From the sequence record MW879341.1: DNA of 64,000 nucleotides; one strand, 5' to 3'. Shown here piece by piece: positions 1-9,866 of this stretch. The position numbers and the translations under genes are program-made. The notes beneath the pieces were generated by a model. The model was not told the origin of the DNA, did no database searches, and worked only from the letters and a program-made list of their open reading frames with translations. Positions within the stretch are counted from its first letter, which is position 1, and the number at the start of each line of letters is the position of its first letter.

Positions 1-2
1 GT

Positions 3-575
3 GACTCGCTGAGTTTCCTCGCCATTACACTGAAAGCTGCTGCGGATATTACCAAGAAAGACCTGGGTGATTTAGCGGGAATCAACGTCGACAGTACTAT
101 TCTGGTTGGTAGTACTTCCAAAAACGGTAACGTGGTTTCTTCTGGCGCAGTTGCTGGTTACACCTTTAAAGAAACCATCTGCGGTAAAGAGATTGAAAAC
201 TACACCTTTGAGGTAGTTGAACCTACCCTGGGCGATGGTAAGACCGACGTCACTGTGACTGGTCAGGAACTTATCGTAGCTATCGATGCACTGTTGGGCT
301 TCGATAAGAAGGCATTGGCTGAAGCTAAGAACTTCGGTAGCTCTATCAGCGCTGCTGGTAAAGTGATGTCGTTTGCCGGTAAGATGACATCCGACGCGGA
401 CAGTAAAGACTTTGCTGAAAGTGTACGCGATTATGCGATGGAACGTTCTAACGGTATCCTGAAGGTGATCGGTGTGTATAATGAAATCATCCGTGTTTCG
501 ATGACCGTTATCGGTAAAGGTACATCAGCGGTAACCTCGTCTGCGTCTGCACCGCCAGCACCATCAGCATCGTAA
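3..575 (+). CDS. Internal head/ejection protein, C-terminal part (gene starts before the window)
   Basis: The frame of ORF 132..575 is open from base 3 with strong phage codon bias. It lies directly upstream of the head-protein paralogue cluster and is followed by a hairpin terminator. Confidence 0.55.
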   Translation, partial: DSLSFLAITLKAAADITKKDLGDLAGINVDSTILVGSTSKNGNVVSSGAVAGYTFKETICGKEIENYTFEVVEPTLGDGKTDVTVTGQELIVAIDALLGFDKKALAEAKNFGSSISAAGKVMSFAGKMTSDADSKDFAESVRDYAMERSNGILKVIGVYNEIIRVSMTVIGKGTSAVTSSASAPPAPSAS

Positions 576-584
576 TATGCTCAC

Positions 585-617
585 CCTCCTTACCTTCGGG
601 TAAGGAGGTTTTATGCC
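585..617 (+). terminator. Hairpin terminator CCTCCTTACC-TTCG-GGTAAGGAGG followed by TTTTATGCC
   Basis: Perfect 10-bp stem with UUCG loop and T-tract just after a stop codon. Identical 33-bp copy at 25081..25113. Confidence 0.85.
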
Positions 618-684
618 GTCTTTCTTTTGTCCGCTATTTTATGTGTTCTGGTCGGTCTATCGAATCCAACAATCGGAGTAATTT

Positions 685-1989
685 ATGCAGTACAAATCCC
701 TGTTAAACATTAGTGCGGAGAGTCTGGTTCAAGAGACTGTCCTGCCTGAAGGTCGTGTCCCACTGGCACCTACTGACGTTGCGTATAACGAAGACGGTAG
801 TGTGGTTCTTCGTACTGACGAAGATCTGGCTGTTTCTCAAGAAGCTATTGCGTCTCTGGCAACCATCTACCACAAACTGACAAACATCAAATTCTCCATG
901 CGTGCAAATGCTGCGTATGGACCGTTGTCTAAAGTTTCAGTAGAAGCGTACGACAGTGCAATCAACCATGTACTGCGTAACACAGGCTTACGTGATCTGA
1001 TGGTATCGGTCGAAGGATTTGAATACGACCACGATTCATCCCTCACGTATTCTGAAGAAGGTATTAAAGATGCCTTGCAGAAGATCATCGATAAGATCGT
1101 TGAGCTGATCAAAGGTTGGTTCACCAAAGCTGAGAACTATGCTGAGAAAATCCTCGCAGGTACGGCTGACCTGAAGCCGCGTGCTCAGGCGTTGCGTGAC
1201 GCCATTCGTGGTTGGGGTCCTAAAGAACCTAAAGTAGCCGAGATCGACATCAGCGGTGGTGAAGCGGCGTGGATTACCTACAAAGGTACACCTAACTTGC
1301 TCTATGCTTCTGGCATTGCGGCGGGTACTTGTCAGAAAACTATCGCCGGCCTGCCGAGTGACTGCGTGATGTACGTTAACAAACTGACTGACGTACTGCG
1401 TGGTTGGACTCGCGACCCTAACAGTTACAATCCAGACAACCCGTTTGAAGACAACAAATTCTTCCCACGTCTGCCGGAGACTAATCCGAAAACGATGGTT
1501 AGCGAGCAGTGGTCTATCGGACCGTATCAGTTGGGCTATACCGAACACAACCACCTGAAGACCGCAAGCTTTACTGAGCGTGAAGGTTTTGAGATGGGTG
1601 ACGGTACTACTCTGAAAGTACTGACGCCTGGCGAATTGTCTAACGTCGTAGCATCTTTTGTGACCATTTTCGGTATCACAGAAAACATCAACGACATCGG
1701 TAAGAAAGCAACTGATGCGCTGAAAAGCTTCGGCAAGTCCATCGAAGATCTGGCCAACATCGAGGCGGATGACGACTCTAAAGTAGATGACATGCGTGCC
1801 TCTGCTATGGAGGCGTGGGAATCCGTACGTAGCTTCTCACAACTCCCACTGGCTGTCGAAGGTAAGGTACTTCAGGTGGCTCGCGCGGCGATTGCTGTTG
1901 CTGAGCGTATGGTAGAAGCATACGGCGAGAAGCCGGCCGAATCAACTGAGGAGAACGCAAGTGGCGAGGATTCTAAGCCTTCAGTCTAA
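685..1989 (+). CDS. phiKZ-like internal head protein (phiKZ_IP-type paralogue)
   Basis: 434 aa. N-terminal region has SAE/SQE/SVE/SEE motifs followed by the amphipathic helix EGIKDALQKIIDKIVELIKGWF typical of this family. Confidence 0.75.
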   Translation: MQYKSLLNISAESLVQETVLPEGRVPLAPTDVAYNEDGSVVLRTDEDLAVSQEAIASLATIYHKLTNIKFSMRANAAYGPLSKVSVEAYDSAINHVLRNTGLRDLMVSVEGFEYDHDSSLTYSEEGIKDALQKIIDKIVELIKGWFTKAENYAEKILAGTADLKPRAQALRDAIRGWGPKEPKVAEIDISGGEAAWITYKGTPNLLYASGIAAGTCQKTIAGLPSDCVMYVNKLTDVLRGWTRDPNSYNPDNPFEDNKFFPRLPETNPKTMVSEQWSIGPYQLGYTEHNHLKTASFTEREGFEMGDGTTLKVLTPGELSNVVASFVTIFGITENINDIGKKATDALKSFGKSIEDLANIEADDDSKVDDMRASAMEAWESVRSFSQLPLAVEGKVLQVARAAIAVAERMVEAYGEKPAESTEENASGEDSKPSV

Positions 1990-3289
1990 CGGGACAATCT
2001 CCACCGAATCAGATATCGATTATGCGGCACGTATTGCACGTATGAAAGAAAGACGACGTGGGCCAGTAACCTCTGAATTAGAGTTAGAGCGTGAATACTC
2101 CCGTTTGGATGCTGACGTCAACGACATTGAACAACTCCAGAACATCGGTAGTAGTTTAGAGTCGTTGTCTGAGACTGTTGTTGCGTTGGCTAAGAACAAC
2201 CAACTCGACGTGGCAGAAATCAAACAGTTTGAGCAACTGGCTAGCGTGATTGCCTCACCAGCTGCGGCTGACCCAATCAAACTGACGACTACCGATGGCC
2301 AGGTCTCCATTGAGTCTCTGACCAATGTGGTTCGTGATATCTATCAGTCAATCACACAGTCTATCCGTCGCGTTACAAACAACACGACGGCTTTCGTCAA
2401 TCGTCTGAGACCTACTGGCGCTATCCTTCGTAAAGACATTAAAGAAGTCCGTGACGCACTCATGCTGTACCGTGATCGTGTCGAGATTGCTATTGTCCCT
2501 ACGGATGCGATGGCTACACTGGTGAGTGCTGATGGTGAGTATGAGTCAGTGCAGTTAGCTCGCTCAATGACATTGCTGTTGGACCACACCAGTTATGCGG
2601 TTAACGAGTTAGCTATCGATACGAGTGCGCAAGCTAAGGCTTTCTCAGATTGGTTGGCTAAACTCGACTTCAGTTCCGATGACGCATACGCCACGACATT
2701 CAGTGAAGTGGTTAAAGTACCAATGGTATCGCCGCCAGGTACGTGGACCACCATTGAGAATGCGGGTGAATCGCGCACTCAGATGGCTAAGATCTCACCG
2801 GTTGCCTTCACAGGACACCAGTTCTTAACCTACGAGCCAAAGACCAATCCGATCACTCCGGCTGAATGGTTGTCTAGTGCAGTATTTGAGACAGCGTTCA
2901 ACTACGGTACTTTGGGTGGTGGTGAGATTCTGCCATCAGAAGACGTATTCGTTGTTGCTGACGTGGCGAGCGTTATTCGCTTACTCGATCAGTCGTTGGA
3001 ACTGTTGGACTTACACGACGTATACAGTCGCACCTCAGCAGTTACTACGAAATACCTTCTGTGTACTATCGCTACTGTAGATGATATCTCCACAGCGAGA
3101 CTGGCAGAGGCATCTCTGTTAGGTGAAGGGAACCAAGCGAGTCTAGCATTAGCTATACAGGCGGTTAACGCCGTGTTGATGCGAACACAACGTCCTTACT
3201 CTGACGTATTATACGAAACCATTCGCGTTATCAACGGCGTGGTTAGTCTTGCCTCTTCTGTAAAAACAGCAGTCGAAAAGGCCGAATAA
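1961..3289 (+). CDS. Internal head protein paralogue
   Basis: 442 aa, GTG start after GAGGAG, overlapping the previous gene. STE/SLE/SIE motifs, then helix SLTNVVRDIYQSITQSIRRV. Confidence 0.7.
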   Translation: MARILSLQSNGTISTESDIDYAARIARMKERRRGPVTSELELEREYSRLDADVNDIEQLQNIGSSLESLSETVVALAKNNQLDVAEIKQFEQLASVIASPAAADPIKLTTTDGQVSIESLTNVVRDIYQSITQSIRRVTNNTTAFVNRLRPTGAILRKDIKEVRDALMLYRDRVEIAIVPTDAMATLVSADGEYESVQLARSMTLLLDHTSYAVNELAIDTSAQAKAFSDWLAKLDFSSDDAYATTFSEVVKVPMVSPPGTWTTIENAGESRTQMAKISPVAFTGHQFLTYEPKTNPITPAEWLSSAVFETAFNYGTLGGGEILPSEDVFVVADVASVIRLLDQSLELLDLHDVYSRTSAVTTKYLLCTIATVDDISTARLAEASLLGEGNQASLALAIQAVNAVLMRTQRPYSDVLYETIRVINGVVSLASSVKTAVEKAE

Positions 3290-3337
3290 TACGAACAGTG
3301 CGTAAAATCCTTTTTCTAAGCTATAGGAACAGTTAAT

Positions 3338-5791
3338 ATGAAACGTTTGCATTCTCTGATGCAACTCCGTCAGCCGACCGTGTCGCAGGAATCAGATAAC
3401 ACCGATGGTCAGGTTGTTGAGCAACCAATCGAAGGTGCGCCAGTGGTACAGTCACAAACTGACGTACTGGCTGAACAAGGTCAAGCTGCTGATGCGGCAC
3501 AGGCTGCTAACGCGCAAGTTCCTGCTGATGGCAGCGTGCTGGCCGATGGCACTGGTAACGTATCGCAGGAAGATGGTAGCGACCCACTCGTAACCGCACC
3601 AGTTGGTGCAGGTGCTGGTACCGTACCGAACAAAACCGTTGACGGTGGCGATGGTTCTCAGCCAGCTTCTCCAAGCGACCAGCCTGGTGACGCTAACAAG
3701 CGTGCTGATGTTGGTAGCTCTGTATCTCAGGAAGGTCAACCGCCTGCTCCAACCCAACCCGCTGGTCAGGCACAACCTGCACAGAAACCCGCCGGTCAGA
3801 ACGTATCTCAGGAATCCACTGAAGGTACCGTTGCTGAAGCTCCTGTGGGTAAAGGTGAACCAACCGTACCTAATGGTCAGTCTGACACGGGTGACGGTTC
3901 TCAGCCAGCTTCTCCTTCTGACGTACCCGGCGATTCCGATAAACGCGCTGACGTTGGTTCTTCCAACGCACAACCTGCGGACCTGGCACCAGAGATGGAC
4001 CAGAAAGATCCGAAAGCTGCCCAGCCTTCTTTCTCAGCGACTGCGCCGCAGAAAGATAATGTAGCTGCCGATGCTAACAACCCACAGGACGGCATGCCTG
4101 CTGAACCTGTTAAAGCGGGTGAAGTTCCTGCCGCAACTGCTGCCTCTACCGAAGCGCTGTCTCCAGAAGACGTAGCTCAGGTTGCACAGGTCGCTGCTGC
4201 TGCCGGTGCAGCTGCTGCTCAAGGCGGTGCTGCGGTTAACACTGAAATCGTTGACGGTGCCGCTGCCGCAGGCGATGCTGCTGTGGCTGAAGGTGCTGAC
4301 GCTGCAACTGCGGCGGCTGCTAACGCTGCTGATCCAGGTGGTGCTGCTGCACAGACCGCCGCTGACGAAGTGGCTTCTGCTGCTAACTCTGGCGACGCCC
4401 CGGGTCCTAACGCTGGTGAAGCTGCGGCTACTCCTGCTGAAGCTGCCCAGGTTGCTGCTGACCTCGTGAAAGATAACCCGGACAATGCTGCTGCTATTGC
4501 ACAGGCTATTGATCAGGTTGCTGATGCTGCTGTTGCGGCTTCTTCTGGTGGTGGCGCTGTTCAGGAAAACGCTGCTGATGCAGCTGCAACCGAACAACCA
4601 GCCCAACAGTCTGACGACGAGTTCAACAACAACGAAGAACAGCAGACCGATGACGAGTTCAACGAAGCTGAAGAGAAGAAGGGCGAAGCTGCTGACGGTC
4701 TGGATGATCTTGATGATCTGAACGACGACGTAGAAGTTGCTACTGAATCACTCGTCGGTGCTCGTGAACTGCTGTGTGGTCTGGAAAGTATCGTTGAAGC
4801 CGCGCTGCAAAACGGCGGTCTGTCTGACGACGCTGCGCAGATTCTGCAAAAGGTAGCTACTCACGTATCTGAGCAAACTGACCAGCCGGACGAAGCTGAC
4901 CTGGGTCTGGAGTCACTGGCGTATAGCGATCGCCTGATTGCTACTGAATACGCTCTGGGTAAACTGCGTTCAAGCATCGAATCTATCGACGCTGATCTGC
5001 AAGTGTCAACTGAAGGTCTGTTCGACATCTTCCGCTCCACTAACTCCAAGACTCGTTCTTGGGTGGCAGAGTCTCGCAAGGTTGTGAGCAAACTCAAAGG
5101 TTCAATTGACAAGACCAAGAAAGTGACTGTCAACGTTCCAGGCATCACCGACCGCGAAGGTTATCTGGAAGGTAGTGATCGCAGCCTGTTGGCTCTGGCA
5201 AACATCCTGAAGAAACACACCGACAACGTGGTTAACCAGGCTGGTTCTGTTGCTAAAGTTGCAGAGCGTCTGCGTAACGGTAATGCTGACTTTGACCGCG
5301 CAAGCGATGATATGGACCGCATCACCATCACCACACCTGACGGTAACGGTAGCTACGATTCCGGTGAACTGCTGGGTGGTGTTGAACTGAGTCTGACCAT
5401 CGGCGGTACTGAGTCTGAAGCTAAGTACTCTAAAGTGGGTGGCTCAGCTAGCGTTGAGATCACTGGTGAGAATGCTGTAGTGGCACTCGATGCAGCAGAA
5501 CGTCTGTTGGGTATCATGGAAGGCGCACTGCGTCGCTTCGATGAGATCGAACGTGGCGCTGATAGTGCTGATGGTAAAGGTAGTGGCAAAGCGCTGATTT
5601 ACCTGTTCCTCTTCAGCTACCTGGCAGTGCTGTCTCCAGACTTCCGTCGCCGTATTGGCCGTGTGTTCTCTGGCGATCGTCAGAACGACCGTGTTGCTGA
5701 ACTCAAGGCTGCGTTCGATCTGTCTAAACTGGCTATGAAAGCATCACGCGTAGCAGTGGATGAAGTTATCTCTGTGGCTAAGAAGTTCTAA
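3338..5791 (+). CDS. Internal head protein with a very long acidic, Ala/Pro/Gln-rich propeptide
   Basis: 817 aa. About 560 aa of low-complexity N-terminus with repeated VSQE plus ATE/GLE/SIE/STE motifs before a folded C-terminal domain. Confidence 0.75.
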   Translation: MKRLHSLMQLRQPTVSQESDNTDGQVVEQPIEGAPVVQSQTDVLAEQGQAADAAQAANAQVPADGSVLADGTGNVSQEDGSDPLVTAPVGAGAGTVPNKTVDGGDGSQPASPSDQPGDANKRADVGSSVSQEGQPPAPTQPAGQAQPAQKPAGQNVSQESTEGTVAEAPVGKGEPTVPNGQSDTGDGSQPASPSDVPGDSDKRADVGSSNAQPADLAPEMDQKDPKAAQPSFSATAPQKDNVAADANNPQDGMPAEPVKAGEVPAATAASTEALSPEDVAQVAQVAAAAGAAAAQGGAAVNTEIVDGAAAAGDAAVAEGADAATAAAANAADPGGAAAQTAADEVASAANSGDAPGPNAGEAAATPAEAAQVAADLVKDNPDNAAAIAQAIDQVADAAVAASSGGGAVQENAADAAATEQPAQQSDDEFNNNEEQQTDDEFNEAEEKKGEAADGLDDLDDLNDDVEVATESLVGARELLCGLESIVEAALQNGGLSDDAAQILQKVATHVSEQTDQPDEADLGLESLAYSDRLIATEYALGKLRSSIESIDADLQVSTEGLFDIFRSTNSKTRSWVAESRKVVSKLKGSIDKTKKVTVNVPGITDREGYLEGSDRSLLALANILKKHTDNVVNQAGSVAKVAERLRNGNADFDRASDDMDRITITTPDGNGSYDSGELLGGVELSLTIGGTESEAKYSKVGGSASVEITGENAVVALDAAERLLGIMEGALRRFDEIERGADSADGKGSGKALIYLFLFSYLAVLSPDFRRRIGRVFSGDRQNDRVAELKAAFDLSKLAMKASRVAVDEVISVAKKF
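3620..3962 (+). repeat. Intragenic duplication of ~33 aa (VPN..GDGSQPASPSD.PGD..KRADVGSS), copies at ~3620-3720 and ~3863-3962
   Basis: Visible in both the protein and the DNA (GGTTCTCAGCCAGCTTCTCC occurs in both copies). Confidence 0.85.
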
Positions 5792-5802
5792 GCATAACAA
5801 TC

Positions 5803-5835
5803 AAGGCTCTACCCTGCGGTAGAGCCTTTTATGCC
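5803..5835 (+). terminator. Hairpin terminator AAGGCTCTACC-CTGC-GGTAGAGCCTT followed by TTATGCC
   Basis: 11-bp stem after the stop codon at 5791. Confidence 0.8.
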
Positions 5836-5896
5836 GCCCTACAACTTCAATTACTATGAGTTAATGAACAACAACTTAAACTTTAAGGGCACAGCC

Positions 5897-7213
5897 ATGT
5901 ACGAACCCGGTACTAACGAAGAGTTCTCCAACAACGAGTATCCTAACTATACTCAAACCGTTGGGAACAGCTTCGCCAGCAGTTTCCAGGACCAGACTGA
6001 GAAGTCTGAGAACGATCTGAATAAATTGCAGAACGTTGCTTCTGGTTTGTTCCAGATTTACAACCACGTTGTTGATACTGCTGCTAAGGGTGCGCCTATG
6101 ACCCCTTATGACTCAGCTGTAATCTCAACCACTATCGCTAACATGACTTCGTCAGTTGGCGTTGAGTCTATGGTTACCCCAGTTGCCAGTCTGGAATCTC
6201 GCCTCGACCAATCCATTGGGTTACAGATCACCCAGGAGTCTATTGGCGAAACCATCAAGAAGACAATCCTCCGTCTGTTTGATGTGTTGAAAAACCTGGC
6301 TGCTCGTTTTGTTAAGTGGGTAGTTAGTCAGGTTGAAAACATCGGTAGCAATACTCGTCGTCTGCAACGACTATTAAACACCATCGATCGTGTAACGGGT
6401 GTGGCCGGTGTTAAATACACTCCGGCGATGCGCGGTATTCTGGTGGATAATCAGGTTCCTGCGCGTTGGATGGATGTTGGCATTCGCACCTACGAAGCAG
6501 CTACTGAGATTTCAGTCAGTGTCGGTAAGATGGCTGACTATGCTGAGGCTATCCTCGAAGAGTGTCAGAAGCAGATCAACAAGCCAATCGAAGGTGAAGA
6601 GTTCAGCCAAGCACTTCTTAATAAGATGGTCACTTGCCCTAAACTCTCCCTACCGAAAGCCGTCTCTCGTGACGGTACACTGAATGACACCAATATGGCG
6701 CGCCGCGTTGAGTGGTCTCAACCACTGTGCGGCAACAGCATTGCCATCTCACTGTCGCCAGTTAACCCTACCGATCCAATCGATGCGGTGAACTACGGTG
6801 TGGCATTAATTCCAACCAGTATGGCTAGCGAGTACGGTATCAAAACTAACTACAAGTTAGAAGATAACGATGACACGCTCGTTACCGTCCAGGTTGAAGA
6901 TATGGTCGCCAACAATGCGAAACTCAATTCGCGCTTGGGTAGCTACCATCGTGAAATTAGCGCAATCAACAACCGCGTTGAGAAGATGCAGAAACGTCTG
7001 GACGCTGTGGCCAAAGATTATAACTCCGGCAAGTTCGGCGATCGCTTCGACACAGACTCAAGTCAGATTGTTCTGGAGTTCGCAGGCGTTGCTCGCTCCG
7101 TGATGTCAGGAGCACTGGCCTCACTGAACACAACCTTCGAATTACTCAACACCACCACAAGCGCTATGGGTGCAATTTGTGGTGCAATTAATGCTAAGAG
7201 CGCAAGGGGTTAA
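5897..7213 (+). CDS. Internal head protein paralogue
   Basis: The ORF track starts at 5831, but that ATG is the ATG of the terminator's TATGCC tail; ATG 5897 (MYEPG) is more plausible. GVE/SLE/TQE motifs, then SIGETIKKTILRLFDVLKNL. Confidence 0.7.
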   Translation: MYEPGTNEEFSNNEYPNYTQTVGNSFASSFQDQTEKSENDLNKLQNVASGLFQIYNHVVDTAAKGAPMTPYDSAVISTTIANMTSSVGVESMVTPVASLESRLDQSIGLQITQESIGETIKKTILRLFDVLKNLAARFVKWVVSQVENIGSNTRRLQRLLNTIDRVTGVAGVKYTPAMRGILVDNQVPARWMDVGIRTYEAATEISVSVGKMADYAEAILEECQKQINKPIEGEEFSQALLNKMVTCPKLSLPKAVSRDGTLNDTNMARRVEWSQPLCGNSIAISLSPVNPTDPIDAVNYGVALIPTSMASEYGIKTNYKLEDNDDTLVTVQVEDMVANNAKLNSRLGSYHREISAINNRVEKMQKRLDAVAKDYNSGKFGDRFDTDSSQIVLEFAGVARSVMSGALASLNTTFELLNTTTSAMGAICGAINAKSARG

Positions 7214-7219
7214 TAACCA

Positions 7220-8440
7220 ATGTCCAAAGCAAAACTTTTAAACCTGAGCGTTGAAAACTACGACTCAGCACAAGGCGAAACCGCTGGTGCCGCCGTTTAC
7301 CAGATGCTTCCTCCAAGTGAAGTGTTTCCTGTCCCGGCACCGGTATCTCAAGATGCTGACCTCGATCGTCTGCGCGTAATTGCGGATGCCCTGGATGGTG
7401 TTCAGGATGGACTGGGCAGTCGCATCGCCACTATCGGTGCTCAGGTACTGGGCGGTGGTGATGGTGTGGGCGTTGAAGCGTTCAATCCAGGTGCCGTAGG
7501 TAAGGCTATCTCTAACTTCGTTGATGTGGCCATTGCGTACATCAAGAAGTTCGTTGCTGCTGTGTTGGAGTTCGGTCGTCGCTTTGTTGAAACTCGTCGC
7601 TATGAGCGCCAGTCTGCACTCGACGTACAGAAGGTTGTCAGTAAGTTCGTTCAGCAGAACCGTGGTTTCACTACTGTGGTTTCTGGTCCGGGTGCGGACT
7701 TCCTGTCGTTTGGTAGTAGCAGTCTCACCTTCGGAACTATCGCTGGTCCTGGTGAACTGGCTAAAGCTGCTAAAGCATTCCAGACCGAAGTCCACACGCC
7801 GTACCTGGCATGGTTCAAAGACAATGCGGATATCCTGAAGAAGGTAAATGATCAACTGGAACGCATCTTTAAAGCTGGTTCGCTGGCTACTGCACCAGAA
7901 GAACCGTTTACTGCTCTGATCGACATCAAAGCGTCTGAACCGCCTCGTGGTTGGAAAGCGAACAGTGGTCGTAAGACTGGCTTCGTTGCACCAACAGGTG
8001 CGTGGGGTGGTGCTAGCTTCTACGTTACGCCTGACTCCAGCATTCTGATTTCTAACCTGAGCGCGCACGATGCCTGTGACCTGAACGTTGAATCTAACGA
8101 CGTCACTGCCACTGTAACCGGTGACCTGCTGAATGAGTACTCTAAGCTGGCTGTAGGTCTGGTCGACATGCAGATTGCTCTGGCTGGTCCGTACGACGTC
8201 ATTCAAGCTGTGTCGAAGAATATCTTCGATAACTACAGCCGTAAGTTCGTTGATAACGACTTCGATCTCGATGACGCCGCGCTGATGCAGAAGATCGGCA
8301 ATCGTAACTCACAGCTCAACAACATCATGGGCTATGTCAGCTACGTGATGACTTGTGTTGCTGGTTATATGTCTTACCTCAATGCAACGCGTCGTGCTAT
8401 CAGCGACATGTGCACTGAAGTGACTACGGTCAAGAAATAA
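7220..8440 (+). CDS. Internal head protein paralogue
   Basis: 406 aa. LSVEN and GVEA motifs, then helix VGKAISNFVDVAIAYIKKFV. Confidence 0.7.
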   Translation: MSKAKLLNLSVENYDSAQGETAGAAVYQMLPPSEVFPVPAPVSQDADLDRLRVIADALDGVQDGLGSRIATIGAQVLGGGDGVGVEAFNPGAVGKAISNFVDVAIAYIKKFVAAVLEFGRRFVETRRYERQSALDVQKVVSKFVQQNRGFTTVVSGPGADFLSFGSSSLTFGTIAGPGELAKAAKAFQTEVHTPYLAWFKDNADILKKVNDQLERIFKAGSLATAPEEPFTALIDIKASEPPRGWKANSGRKTGFVAPTGAWGGASFYVTPDSSILISNLSAHDACDLNVESNDVTATVTGDLLNEYSKLAVGLVDMQIALAGPYDVIQAVSKNIFDNYSRKFVDNDFDLDDAALMQKIGNRNSQLNNIMGYVSYVMTCVAGYMSYLNATRRAISDMCTEVTTVKK

Positions 8441-8450
8441 GTCTCGACGG

Positions 8451-8481
8451 CTAGGAGGGAAACCTCCTAGCTTTTATTTCG
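8451..8481 (+). terminator. Hairpin terminator CTAGGAGG-GAAA-CCTCCTAG followed by CTTTTATTTC
   Basis: 8-bp perfect stem with GNRA loop and T-tract after the stop at 8440. Confidence 0.8.
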
Positions 8482-8490
8482 GAGGTTCGA

Positions 8491-9843
8491 ATGAACACGG
8501 GTATTGAACAACAGGTTTCAGTGGGAGATGTCCCCGATGGACTAGCACCTACTGACCCCAATAATCAATTAACCACCGATAGTCAAGACGTCGAGTTTGC
8601 ACCCAACATTAAAGGTGTGGACGATTCCGTTGTTGACTATACGGGAATTGCCACTGAACTCTCTAACGGTCTAGTCGCTGCTCAAGAAGCATTTGCTAAC
8701 ATTCGTGCGCTAGTCGCATGGAGAACGACCTTAGAGGGATATGGTGACGAGCCACTAACTCCACAACTGCAAGTCGCTACAGAGGTTATCCTCGACCTGA
8801 CGACACGCAGTGCTGGTCTCAGTAGTGTAGACATCATTCCGTCACTGGAAGATCTGAGTAACCCAACTATTTCCGTAGAAGCGCTTTACAAGTACGCAGA
8901 ACGTCTCTATGAAGCGTTGGGTCGTCTGATTACCCGCATCGGTGAACTCCTTTCTAAACTGTACTCTGCATTAACCAGCCGCATGCGTTGGGTTCGTGCC
9001 GAGTTAGTGATTCTGAAAGGACGTCTCGCTATTGCCAAAGGCGGTCGGGCTAAGTCACTACGTTTCAAAGTTGGGCAACTGGGTAACCTGATGGTTATCC
9101 GTGGTATTCCGGTAACGACTTACTCTGAGTTCCAGTCCAGTGCGACGGATATCAGTGCGCTTGCTACCGCCTGTATCACAACCCACCTGTATGCTATTTC
9201 TGAACTGGGTAAAGAACTCAACAAGATCGTTGATTCTGAAAGTTTCCCTAATCCTCGCGCTACAGAGGCACGGTTAACTCGTGCGTTCGCTACACTGGGT
9301 GATACGTCACTTGGTCTGCTCTGTACTAAGAGTGTTGGGTCAGATCCTCGCTTTGAACGTGCCGGGTATGTCACTACAGCATCAGCTAACCTCTTAGGGA
9401 ATAAGACGGTTTATAAAACGAAGCCACGTCAAGGAAGTGAACTCAATGATACCTTTGGTACAACGACATTCAGCGTTGACCATACGACATTGAAGGTGGC
9501 TAATTATGAACCGAAGGCCGACCAGACCTTTGATACCCTCACACTTTCTGAAGTGGGAAAACTGTTGGATAGTTGCACTGCTATGGCTAACCTGGTTGAC
9601 CGCTTGGATAATAGTGATGTTCGAGGTCGTGTACTGGAGAGCCTGTCTCGTCTACGTAACGCTACAAGTAAACGTGGAAAGGATGGTACGCTCAAAGGGG
9701 AAACGGCAGAACTGATTCAGAGTGCAGCGGTAGCGTTCACGGATGCATGCAGTAACCCACTGAGTGACTTGATGGGTCATCTGATCACTGTTGCCACTGG
9801 CGGTATCAAACTCGCTGGTCGTTCGTTAGACCAGTACGATTAA
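8491..9843 (+). CDS. Internal head protein paralogue
   Basis: 450 aa. AQE/SLE/SVE motifs, then helix ALYKYAERLYEALGRLITRIGELL. Confidence 0.7.
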   Translation: MNTGIEQQVSVGDVPDGLAPTDPNNQLTTDSQDVEFAPNIKGVDDSVVDYTGIATELSNGLVAAQEAFANIRALVAWRTTLEGYGDEPLTPQLQVATEVILDLTTRSAGLSSVDIIPSLEDLSNPTISVEALYKYAERLYEALGRLITRIGELLSKLYSALTSRMRWVRAELVILKGRLAIAKGGRAKSLRFKVGQLGNLMVIRGIPVTTYSEFQSSATDISALATACITTHLYAISELGKELNKIVDSESFPNPRATEARLTRAFATLGDTSLGLLCTKSVGSDPRFERAGYVTTASANLLGNKTVYKTKPRQGSELNDTFGTTTFSVDHTTLKVANYEPKADQTFDTLTLSEVGKLLDSCTAMANLVDRLDNSDVRGRVLESLSRLRNATSKRGKDGTLKGETAELIQSAAVAFTDACSNPLSDLMGHLITVATGGIKLAGRSLDQYD

Positions 9844-9866
9844 ATAATACAGACCTGAGGTTATTT

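Noticed and set aside
5831-5896. N-terminal extension MPPYNF... of the head protein
   Set aside because: Its ATG belongs to the terminator's TATGCC tail and has no RBS.
7265-8206. 313-aa antisense ORF, and many similar shadow ORFs (e.g. 1036..1554, 4034..4606, 28068..28577, 36026..36613)
   Set aside because: They lie opposite strongly codon-biased genes, where stop-free antisense frames are expected; no RBS or protein-like composition.
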